The notes under the pieces: model-generated | What the model was told of the DNA's origin: nothing | What the model saw: only the letters and a program-made list of their open reading frames with translations | The model's database searches: none | In this document: piece by piece, positions 56,678-64,000 of the stretch | Numbering within the stretch: the first letter of the stretch is position 1 | How the letters are laid out: each line of letters opens with the position of its first letter | Origin: Escherichia phage vB_EcoM_G5211 | Sequence record: MK327947.1 | DNA: 64,000 nucleotides | Reading direction: 5' to 3' (one strand) | Translations under genes and position numbers: made by a program

Positions 56678-57010
56678 TTACAGATGAAAACCTGTTACAA
56701 TAACCGCATCGATCATACCGCTAGGAATAAACGGTTCGCCCTCTTTTATTTCAACTTTGAATTGATGCCATTTCGCTAATACTTCTTCCGGTACACCCAG
56801 CGATTCGGCGTCTGCTTTAGTTTCATCCATAATCCAACTAGGCTGCATGAGAGCATAGTTTACATAGTCCATTTCTGGGGTCATGTCATCAATGTTAATA
56901 TATTTGCAGTTGACGCGTTTCAGAATTTCAAATTCTTTATTATCAACCTGTACCATGTATAATTCAGTAGTTTCTGGAATCAGTTCCCACACAATCAGTA
57001 CATTTTTCAT
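56678..57010 (-). CDS. hypothetical protein
   Basis: ORF only. Confidence 0.45.
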   Translation of the reverse strand: MKNVLIVWELIPETTELYMVQVDNKEFEILKRVNCKYINIDDMTPEMDYVNYALMQPSWIMDETKADAESLGVPEEVLAKWHQFKVEIKEGEPFIPSGMIDAVIVTGFHL

Positions 57011-57018
57011 AGTTCACC

Positions 57019-57387
57019 TCACTTAACAAAGATTTTCTTTAATGCTTTCAGGATCGTTGCTTCCGGCGCTTCTTCCGGTGGAGGGAGCAATTCTACCACT
57101 TCCTCTTCCAACTCGATATAGTCTACCAGATATTCTACATAGAATGCAAGTGCTTCCATGAAATTAGATGCTACATCCGATTCACCACACGCGCCTACAT
57201 GCATTGTATAAACATCACTGCGATCAAGTTTGTGGATGCTTCCCAGATAGTTCCGGTTATACCAGACTTCCCACACTTTCAGCTTTCCGGTTTTGGTTGA
57301 TGTTTTATAATCGGTTTCGTAATGATGCAATTGACGTTGCAGATCATTGATAATAACACATTTTTCGTAATTGTTTTGAATTTCCAT
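57019..57387 (-). CDS. hypothetical protein
   Basis: ORF only. Confidence 0.45.
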   Translation of the reverse strand: MEIQNNYEKCVIINDLQRQLHHYETDYKTSTKTGKLKVWEVWYNRNYLGSIHKLDRSDVYTMHVGACGESDVASNFMEALAFYVEYLVDYIELEEEVVELLPPPEEAPEATILKALKKIFVK

Positions 57388-57397
57388 GATGCAATCC

Positions 57398-57589
57398 TCA
57401 CTTATCGTTCAGAAGTTCTAAAACTTTCTGTCGTACTTTGTCAATATTAGTTGATTCAAAAACTGTACGGTATCCCCAGCTTTGACCGTATGAGCGGTTG
57501 CAATCTCCATATCCCCATTGTTCAACCTGATAGTATTCAAGGAATGGATGCTGTCGAACTATGATACCATCGCGATTAAAAATTACCAT
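57398..57589 (-). CDS. hypothetical protein
   Basis: ORF only. Confidence 0.4.
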   Translation of the reverse strand: MVIFNRDGIIVRQHPFLEYYQVEQWGYGDCNRSYGQSWGYRTVFESTNIDKVRQKVLELLNDK

Positions 57590-57612
57590 AATATAATCCT
57601 CACGTCAACAAC

Positions 57613-57900
57613 TTATTTTCGGTTGTGGTCACGATATGTTTTAAAATATCCCTCGTACCACGGTAAAACATCTGGATTTTTACCACTATACAGACCTTTA
57701 ACCATCATGTCAATAAGGCCATCCGGTGTTTGATAGTTTCCAGCTTTTATAAGCTCTCTGATTAAAATCTCTCTGTATATGTCTTTCGGATCTTCGTAAT
57801 CAACTTGTATTGTGGTTGTGGTCTCATTCAATTTGGTTTCTGGAGTATCTCGCATCACATCCCACCAATCTTTTGTGATCTTCATGTTATTGAATTGCAT
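57613..57900 (-). CDS. hypothetical protein
   Basis: ORF only. Confidence 0.45.
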   Translation of the reverse strand: MQFNNMKITKDWWDVMRDTPETKLNETTTTIQVDYEDPKDIYREILIRELIKAGNYQTPDGLIDMMVKGLYSGKNPDVLPWYEGYFKTYRDHNRK

Positions 57901-57911
57901 AATTTAACCTC

Positions 57912-58670
57912 TTACTTGCAAACGTATTGATCTACATCAATTGCGCCACCGAATGTAGGATGACGTTTTTCAAATCTAATAGTTCCGTCGTTTGGTTCGA
58001 AAACGGAGTATTCATATAGATCTTTCTTGCCAACATTCTTATAAAACCCGCCTTTAGTCATAACGGTTTCTTGTACGTTTGCTTTGTGTACGTTGTATTC
58101 GTCAATGTATACAAAATCAACCATCTTCCCATTTTTAATGGTTACTTTAAGATCTCCTGGTTGATTTCCATATTTTGCATACAGTGGCGCTTCTTTAATT
58201 TTTGTGGAAATTCCATCTTTCATACTCCACTCATAACGAACGGTGCATTGATAGGTAAAAGTTTCGACCTTCGGTTCTTCTACCACTTTTGCTTCCTGTT
58301 TCGGTTGTTCTTCTTCAACCTTCGCAGAAGTCTCTGAATCGCTTTCTGACGCGGTTTCTTCTTTAGGTAATACGTTCATCAAGTTTTGGATTTGAGCGTT
58401 GTATACAGCCTCCAGTGGCTGAATCTGCCCGATATTGATCATTGTATCACGAACAGTTTTATTCCAGTTTCGTTGCTCTTGTTTCAGAGACGGATCAATC
58501 TTAACAGCCTTAACATACACCTCATGAAGTTTAGAGTCCAGTGCGGAGATAGACTCATTAGCACAAATAAACTTCTCTGATTTGGTAGTAGCTTTAGCGC
58601 AATCAAAGGACGCAGCGTTAGCACCGAAAGCAGTAGCAGAAAGAACGATAGCAGCGATAATGTTTTTCAT
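57912..58670 (-). CDS. secreted DUF1311 (LprI-like) domain protein
   Basis: Signal peptide MKNIIAAIVLSATAFGANA; FDCAKATTKSEKFICANESISALDSKLHEVY...QRNWNK matches the DUF1311 pattern. Confidence 0.55.
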   Translation of the reverse strand: MKNIIAAIVLSATAFGANAASFDCAKATTKSEKFICANESISALDSKLHEVYVKAVKIDPSLKQEQRNWNKTVRDTMINIGQIQPLEAVYNAQIQNLMNVLPKEETASESDSETSAKVEEEQPKQEAKVVEEPKVETFTYQCTVRYEWSMKDGISTKIKEAPLYAKYGNQPGDLKVTIKNGKMVDFVYIDEYNVHKANVQETVMTKGGFYKNVGKKDLYEYSVFEPNDGTIRFEKRHPTFGGAIDVDQYVCK

Positions 58671-58740
58671 AATATATTCCTCAGTGTTTTGTCTTGATGG
58701 GAGTATCTTACTACTCCCTTAATCCGGTGTCAACTACTTT
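58671..58740 (-). promoter_or_regulatory. early promoter/leader cassette
   Basis: TTGACA 58728-58733; GGGAGTAGTAAGATACTCCC palindrome. Confidence 0.5.
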
Positions 58741-58896
58741 TTAAATTTCTTCTACAGTAAAGTCTTCAATGTTGTTGTGCTCGGCGAACGTTGCCAGACC
58801 AGCATTCCATGCATCATCCTCAGAGAAGAATACACCGTAACGTTCATATCCTTTAGCGCCTTCAAATTTAACCATTAATTTGTGAGTATGTTTCAT
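58741..58896 (-). CDS. hypothetical small protein (51 aa; track ORF extends to 58959)
   Basis: ATG 58896 directly downstream of cassette. Confidence 0.45.
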   Translation of the reverse strand: MKHTHKLMVKFEGAKGYERYGVFFSEDDAWNAGLATFAEHNNIEDFTVEEI

Positions 58897-58962
58897 TTTG
58901 ATTCTCCTTCGTTGTCTTGATGAGTTTAGTATAGGGGATCGCCGATCCCCTGTCAACAACTA
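58897..58962 (-). promoter_or_regulatory. early promoter/leader cassette with GC palindrome
   Basis: TTGACA 58951-58956, GGGGATCGGCGATCCCC, TATACT. Confidence 0.5.
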
Positions 58963-58966
58963 TTTT

Positions 58967-59179
58967 TTAATTTTTACCCGCTCGTGCATTAATACGCATT
59001 TTCTGCATAGCCATGATCTGGCTTACTGCTTCTTCTTTACGTTCTTGCGTGATAACGTGACCAGATTCCGCAAACTCTCCCGCAACTTCTTCTACGATCT
59101 CGCGAATTTGAGAACGTCCAAAGATGCGGTTTCCTTCGTAGCCCATAAACTCGGTTACTACTTGCTCGATAGATTTCAT
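58967..59179 (-). CDS. hypothetical small protein (70 aa)
   Basis: ATG 59179 downstream of cassette. Confidence 0.45.
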   Translation of the reverse strand: MKSIEQVVTEFMGYEGNRIFGRSQIREIVEEVAGEFAESGHVITQERKEEAVSQIMAMQKMRINARAGKN

Positions 59180-59243
59180 GTGATTCTCCTTTCGTTTGGT
59201 ATGGGAGTATGTTACTACTCCCATTTCTTTACGTCAACAACTA
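59180..59243 (-). promoter_or_regulatory. early promoter/leader cassette
   Basis: TTGACG 59232-59237; GGGAGTAGTAACATACTCCC palindrome. Confidence 0.5.
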
Positions 59244-59402
59244 TTTTAAATTATTTTCGACCTTCATCCATTCCGCGTATTCTTGCGCGGCTACTTTCGG
59301 ATTTAGTCCATCTTCGTACATTGCTTCAAGTAATTCTTTGTCGGTGGGCTTATACCCTAGATAAGCCTCCACCTGATTTTTCCAAATTTTATACCAGTTC
59401 AT
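59241..59402 (-). CDS. hypothetical small protein (53 aa)
   Basis: Internal ATG 59402 with GGTGA RBS; track ORF extends to 59471. Confidence 0.4.
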   Translation of the reverse strand: MNWYKIWKNQVEAYLGYKPTDKELLEAMYEDGLNPKVAAQEYAEWMKVENNLK

Positions 59403-59406
59403 ATTA

Positions 59407-59679
59407 TCACCAATCAAGAGCGCGTGTCTCTGCGTCTTCCCATGCTTGACCCATAACAGCCTTGAAAACATATTCTAGAGTATCATCTTTAGAGAATCCG
59501 AAGACCTTAGACGGGATATCTTCAATTGCTACTCCCGCAACTTCTGCATTGCGCGCTTGGCAGTAATGCAACTCTAAGTTATCGAGATAGCGACCGCCTA
59601 ATTTCTCCATATCATCCCAGCATTTCCAGTAACCTACTTTATCTGCAATTGCTAACACTTTGCTGTTTTTGTTGCTCAT
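59407..59679 (-). CDS. hypothetical protein (90 aa)
   Basis: ATG 59679 downstream of cassette. Confidence 0.45.
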   Translation of the reverse strand: MSNKNSKVLAIADKVGYWKCWDDMEKLGGRYLDNLELHYCQARNAEVAGVAIEDIPSKVFGFSKDDTLEYVFKAVMGQAWEDAETRALDW

Positions 59680-59752
59680 CTTTGATTCTCCTTTTGTTTG
59701 GTATGTGTGTATTATGCAATGATGGATTATGGAAGTCAACAACTTTTTAAAA
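59680..59752 (-). promoter_or_regulatory. early promoter/leader cassette
   Basis: TTGACT 59744-59749, CATAAT, GGAGAATC. Confidence 0.5.
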
Positions 59753-59757
59753 TAAAA

Positions 59758-59780
59758 AAGCCGACCACAAGGATCGGCTT
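59758..59780 (-). terminator. hairpin + U-run
   Basis: AAGCCGATCCTTGTGGTCGGCTT + TTTTATTT. Confidence 0.6.
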
Positions 59781-59789
59781 AATAATCAG

Positions 59790-60182
59790 TTACTTACTAA
59801 ATTTCTTTTTGGCTTCGTCTACTGCATGAGATGCCAGTACCGCTGCCGCATGTGCACTTTTATCTGTGTTGCAGAGAACACCCAGATAAACATCACGCCA
59901 AAGTTTAATCATCTCGTAGATCATATCAATATCATTTTCTTGTTTGTTGGTGATGCTATTCGTCGTTATCTGGTAAGGTAACGGCTTAATCTGTACTGGT
60001 TCCGCCATCGGGCTAAACGGTTTCTGATCAGTCATCGGATTAATTGGTGGCGATGTTTTCCATACGCCATTATTCCACGGTTTAACCGTTGTGTCGTAAA
60101 GTTTATAAGGATTTTTGTCTGGGTCAACCATCCATGCATGATGAGTACCCAAACCATTTGAAGTGATGCGTCGTTCAGTCAT
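59790..60182 (-). CDS. hypothetical protein
   Basis: ORF only. Confidence 0.45.
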   Translation of the reverse strand: MTERRITSNGLGTHHAWMVDPDKNPYKLYDTTVKPWNNGVWKTSPPINPMTDQKPFSPMAEPVQIKPLPYQITTNSITNKQENDIDMIYEMIKLWRDVYLGVLCNTDKSAHAAAVLASHAVDEAKKKFSK

Positions 60183-60185
60183 AAT

Positions 60186-60389
60186 TTATTTCCTCTCTGA
60201 AAATTCTTTCATCAAGCTGTCGATCTTTGCTCTGTGTTCTGGCGTGTTTGTCATCTCTGCTAATTTGCTCAGAGATTCACTGGTGATCCGGTTGGATTCT
60301 TCCAGTGTTTCAACGACAATTGGCACAATCTTTTTATTGTTGTACAGAAATGCAATATAACCGCCTTCTGGATATTCTTTCATAATCAA
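60186..60389 (-). CDS. hypothetical small protein
   Basis: ORF only. Confidence 0.4.
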   Translation of the reverse strand: MIMKEYPEGGYIAFLYNNKKIVPIVVETLEESNRITSESLSKLAEMTNTPEHRAKIDSLMKEFSERK

Positions 60390-61765
60390 CCCTTCTTAAG
60401 TTCTTTAAGATCTTTCTTATATTCCTTCATTGCGGTCGTCTTTGTCCAATACTCATATTCACTATGATGTTTCTCGGCATCTTTGACCAGTCGATCATAC
60501 TCTTCTTGAGTAACGCTATACAATGGCATAGAAACTAGCTTATCGGCGTATGGAAGCAGTTTTTCATGTCCATTGATGGATTGTATTACCTCGGCCTTTT
60601 TCTTTCCCTGTAGCTCGATTTCGCCCTTAATTACGCGATCGATAAATTCGGCTTTAGCCATTGCATAATTGTATGCTTCCAGCGTTTCCGCTTGCATCAA
60701 TTCAATGCGTTTATCGACATACCCTAATCGGATTTCGACGAATCGACGGATCAGATCGCTCGCTTTCTCGAATACTTCAACTAAACCACGTTCGTTAACT
60801 ACTACGATATTCTGGGCTACTAACTGTGTTAGTTTAAAATCCTTCATGATTTGCTCATGTCGAGCGGATTCATCTTCGCTTTTGAAATAATCGCGTTTCA
60901 GTGTTACTTCAAATCTGAATCCGTCCTTAGAGCAACGGTCATTATATGAGACAATCAGATCTTTTTCTTCCAGTGCATCCAGTACCGCTACATATTCTTC
61001 ACGGTCGAACTTATAAGGAACTTCTGATATTGTCAGTTTAGTCTTGCCGTTTAGTTCATATGTACCCTCAAGAATCACACCATCGCGATCATCTCGCGGG
61101 ATAACTTTACCCGTGAATTTCGGGAATTGAACACTAGGTTCTTTATCCAGTTTTCCGGCAAGTGCTAGCTCTGTGCATTCAATGAGGCTTTCCAGTGAAT
61201 GCGGTAAAATGTCAGTTTTATACCCTGTAGCAATACCACTAATACCATTAGCCAATACCATTGGCACAACTGGCAAGTAGAACGCTGGCGGGATGTGTTC
61301 CAGATCTTCGTGCTTGGGTGCGCAATTCATATCTTTATAGATTTTAAAGAAGTTTTCATGCACGCGAGCAAAGATATAACGTGCCGCACCTGCTTTCTGG
61401 ACTAAACGCGATCCGAAGTTACCTTGACCGTCAAGCAGTGGAGTATTATTGCTCCATGTATTCGCCATGAGTGATCCGGCTTCTACGGCATTAGTTTCCC
61501 CGTGGTGATAACCCAACTCAGCAACACCAGATCCAATATCTGCCATCTTACGGAATTTCTTACGGTCGCCTTTACTCTTTTGTAAAGCACATTCCATAAC
61601 AAAGCGTTGCACTGGTTTAAGCCCATCCACTAATTGAGGAATCCCGCGTTCCTCGGCAGAATAGATCGCATATTCCTTAGCTTCATTATGTACAATGCTT
61701 TCAAGGCTGCGGTAAGTAAATGTGTTTACAATTTGACTAATTTTATCCATCTTCACCTCATACAC
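60386..61765 (-). CDS. 52: gp52 DNA topoisomerase II medium subunit (GyrA-like)
   Basis: IPQLVDGLKPVQRFV and GxxGIATGY topoisomerase IIA motifs; size ~T4 gp52. Confidence 0.85.
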   Translation of the reverse strand: MYEVKMDKISQIVNTFTYRSLESIVHNEAKEYAIYSAEERGIPQLVDGLKPVQRFVMECALQKSKGDRKKFRKMADIGSGVAELGYHHGETNAVEAGSLMANTWSNNTPLLDGQGNFGSRLVQKAGAARYIFARVHENFFKIYKDMNCAPKHEDLEHIPPAFYLPVVPMVLANGISGIATGYKTDILPHSLESLIECTELALAGKLDKEPSVQFPKFTGKVIPRDDRDGVILEGTYELNGKTKLTISEVPYKFDREEYVAVLDALEEKDLIVSYNDRCSKDGFRFEVTLKRDYFKSEDESARHEQIMKDFKLTQLVAQNIVVVNERGLVEVFEKASDLIRRFVEIRLGYVDKRIELMQAETLEAYNYAMAKAEFIDRVIKGEIELQGKKKAEVIQSINGHEKLLPYADKLVSMPLYSVTQEEYDRLVKDAEKHHSEYEYWTKTTAMKEYKKDLKELKKG

Positions 61766-62120
61766 GCTTACAAATCACATTCTTTACTTTATCAGATTTA
61801 TCAGCCCAATCCAATAGCCATTTTAACGGAAGGATTGACACAATAAACGGGGCAGCAATCAAAGCAAACATGATACACCTGATAATCAGGAAAACGCAAG
61901 TGACAAAACTAGCGATAGTGATCCCGACAAAACAAAATACCATAGAAAACAGAGTAATGATATAGAAAGGCCAGAATACCCACTCCCGCATCTTAACGCC
62001 TTTGTATTCTCTGAATTGCTTAAAATCTACAAACAACTCTCGGATAGACGCGTACAGGACCGAAAAATCATCTTTCATTGCTCTGAATGAGCAATCTTCT
62101 ATTTTAGAATGACCTAGCAT
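61758..62120 (-). CDS. membrane protein
   Basis: Two long hydrophobic segments. Confidence 0.5.
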   Translation of the reverse strand: MLGHSKIEDCSFRAMKDDFSVLYASIRELFVDFKQFREYKGVKMREWVFWPFYIITLFSMVFCFVGITIASFVTCVFLIIRCIMFALIAAPFIVSILPLKWLLDWADKSDKVKNVICKRV

Positions 62121-62122
62121 TA

Positions 62123-62416
62123 TTAACCGCCTTTCATCATTGATACTGGAATTGTTTTCTGATTTGTGTATAACTGGCCTACTTCAATTTTTTCTTGAAT
62201 CACCACGACGTTACAATATCCACTGTCTTTAAGTTTTCTGATAATAACTCGCTTTTGTTCGTCGGTGATAGGATTGACTGTTCTCACCAATTCACCGCAA
62301 ATAATAGCACCATCTTTACAATTACCAGTAACTTTCATGCTACGACCGTGAACAACAACCACATCACCGTAAATCACATTTTCGTCGTCGTATTTGGTAA
62401 TAACCGTGACCGTCAT
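62123..62416 (-). CDS. hypothetical protein
   Basis: ORF only. Confidence 0.45.
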   Translation of the reverse strand: MTVTVITKYDDENVIYGDVVVVHGRSMKVTGNCKDGAIICGELVRTVNPITDEQKRVIIRKLKDSGYCNVVVIQEKIEVGQLYTNQKTIPVSMMKGG

Positions 62417-62462
62417 AATGTTATTCCCTCTAAGAAAGGCCGCGCAAAGCGGCCTATGTTTA

Positions 62463-62789
62463 TTATTGTTCTACAGTATAGCCGTTGTTTTCAAGCCATG
62501 CAATAACAATCTTTTCGCCAATTTCATCGAGCATTTCATCAGCGCCGTATTCTTTAATGAAAGTCGATGGATCATTATTGCTTACTACGTGCTGGATCAC
62601 AACATGTTCAGGAATTGCGTCTAGCAGTTCGCTATGATCATACTCATTAACGATATCTTCAACACTAACATTATTAACCAAATCAACATCATCCATAGTC
62701 ACAGTAACGCGACCGGACGGACGCAATGAATATTGGCTACTTTCAACTTCAACATGTGCACTTTCGCAAGTAACTTTCATATCAATCAT
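62463..62789 (-). CDS. hypothetical acidic protein
   Basis: ORF only. Confidence 0.45.
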   Translation of the reverse strand: MIDMKVTCESAHVEVESSQYSLRPSGRVTVTMDDVDLVNNVSVEDIVNEYDHSELLDAIPEHVVIQHVVSNNDPSTFIKEYGADEMLDEIGEKIVIAWLENNGYTVEQ

Positions 62790-62803
62790 AATTAATTCCT
62801 CTG

Positions 62804-63805
62804 TTAGTAATGGCTAAACCCTTCGGTTACATCTTCAATCACATAGTAACGATGACAGCGCATTTTGGCATTCGCATAATCTTTCGGGATACTTACAACG
62901 TGACGCGGATCAACTTTGCATTTAATGATTCGGCCTCGCCCACCGCCATAGTGCGGAATATAGTGTTTCGCTGCAACGTGGAGGCCATTAGAGCAAGTAC
63001 GGTCATCATCTGGGTCCACGTCTTTACGCTTCATTTTAACCGTGCGCCCTGGGCTATTATCAAACGTATGCGTAAAGAAATCTTTATAATCAACATCAAC
63101 ACGTTTCCATGCATAGAAACAACCATCTTCCCCGATCTCAATGTCGTTGTGCTCTAAGAAGTCAAATAGACGATCTACGGCCTTACGGCTAGGGTTTTTC
63201 TTGCACTTCTCAAAGAAGTTCAGATAGTGAGTATATGGCTTATTCTCTTTAATAGACTCAACAACTCGACGAGTCAGATTATTATCAAGAACAATATTAT
63301 GATAATACACAATACCATTTTCGATACGGAAAGCGCCGTGATAATATACTTCAACCGCTTTCTTAATGTCAATCAGCGTAATTGCTTTAATAAAATCATT
63401 CTGCTTAACTGCTTCCAGTGCTTCCTTAAAGTTAATATGTGATGGATCAGCAGTATAAACAATGTCACCGCATGTAATAGTAATAAACTTAGTTGAGGCT
63501 ATGGCTACGATTTTTGAGGTAGTAGTCACGGGCTTTTTTGCGCGTTCACCGCCTTTTCCTTTACTGGTTTTACGGCGTGCTTTACGTTTTTCTAGTGCCT
63601 TGCGACCTTCCGCTACTGCGTCTTTCTGAATCAGTAATACACGGGAGGCAGTACGACGAGATACCCCAAATGCTGCCGCAAGTGCTTCGCGGGTAGTAAA
63701 CTTACCTTCGCCCCACTGTTTAGCCAGTTTGATTTGTTTTGCAGAATCCAGGCATTGAACGTTACGGTCAGAGACGGTGATTTTTGCTTTAGTCATAGTA
63801 TTCAT
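62804..63805 (-). CDS. rIIB: rIIB protein
   Basis: Colinear with remembered T4 rIIB (NSPGxxVxMxR, CSxGLHV, PRxVVSIPxDYxxAKMR, EDVTExF); N-terminal HTH. Confidence 0.7.
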   Translation of the reverse strand: MNTMTKAKITVSDRNVQCLDSAKQIKLAKQWGEGKFTTREALAAAFGVSRRTASRVLLIQKDAVAEGRKALEKRKARRKTSKGKGGERAKKPVTTTSKIVAIASTKFITITCGDIVYTADPSHINFKEALEAVKQNDFIKAITLIDIKKAVEVYYHGAFRIENGIVYYHNIVLDNNLTRRVVESIKENKPYTHYLNFFEKCKKNPSRKAVDRLFDFLEHNDIEIGEDGCFYAWKRVDVDYKDFFTHTFDNSPGRTVKMKRKDVDPDDDRTCSNGLHVAAKHYIPHYGGGRGRIIKCKVDPRHVVSIPKDYANAKMRCHRYYVIEDVTEGFSHY

Positions 63806-63857
63806 TCCTCTGTTAGTGGGCGACTAACGCCGCCCGATTCACATCATTATACCAGAA

Positions 63858-63989
63858 TTATTTTGCTTCGACAACCTTGCGGATTGTGCGGTCTGATACA
63901 TTATAGATTCGTGCCAGTTCGCCTTTAGTCAAGCCGCGAGCGTATTGTTTACGGATGGTTTCTTTCTGGGTAGCGGTCAGTTTAGTCAT
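63858..63989 (-). CDS. small HTH protein (43 aa)
   Basis: GAGGTGA RBS + ATG; hand-translated MTKLTATQKETIRKQYARGLTKGELARIYNVSDRTIRKVVEAK. Confidence 0.4.
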   Translation of the reverse strand: MTKLTATQKETIRKQYARGLTKGELARIYNVSDRTIRKVVEAK

Positions 63990-64000
63990 AATATCACCTC

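Noticed and set aside
1-64000. tRNA, rRNA or CRISPR arrays
   Set aside because: No cloverleaf-compatible 70-90 nt segments or repeat-spacer arrays were noticed by eye; the T4 tRNA cluster maps elsewhere in T-even genomes. Not excluded without a tRNA scan.

Overview
This window is a roughly 64 kb segment of a T4-like (T-even type) myophage genome, collinear with the T4 map from hoc to rIIB. Gene order: hoc - inh-like - segD-like - uvsW - uvsY - 25 - 26 - 51 - 27 - 28 - 29 - 48 - 54 - alt - [variable early region of small ORFs] - 30 (DNA ligase) - 31 - cd - pseT - rnlA - denA - nrdB - mobE-like - nrdA - td - frd - 32 - 59 - 33 - dsbA - rnh - 34 - 35 - 36 - 37 - 38 - t - [small early ORFs] - 52 - rIIB. 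Gene identities rest on reading the translated ORFs against remembered T4 protein sequences and motifs, plus synteny; no database search was run. The proteins look clearly diverged from T4 itself. The receptor module is T2-type: gp37 carries a C-terminal intramolecular chaperone domain and is followed by a glycine-rich gp38 adhesin. Late promoters (TATAAATA) sit in front of structural genes, and more than 20 copies of a conserved sigma70-like early promoter/leader cassette precede the small minus-strand early genes. No tRNA, rRNA or CRISPR array was recognised. Best candidates for something undescribed: a translationally coupled DUF262 / zinc-ribbon / C5-methyltransferase-like gene trio; a NADAR-domain protein next to DNA ligase in a phage that also has two ADP-ribosyltransferases; a CYTH-like protein inserted between dsbA and rnh; a thymidylate synthase with a ~125-aa in-frame insertion; and an apparent -1 frameshift at the start of gp38. 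I cannot tell from sequence alone which, if any, is truly novel.
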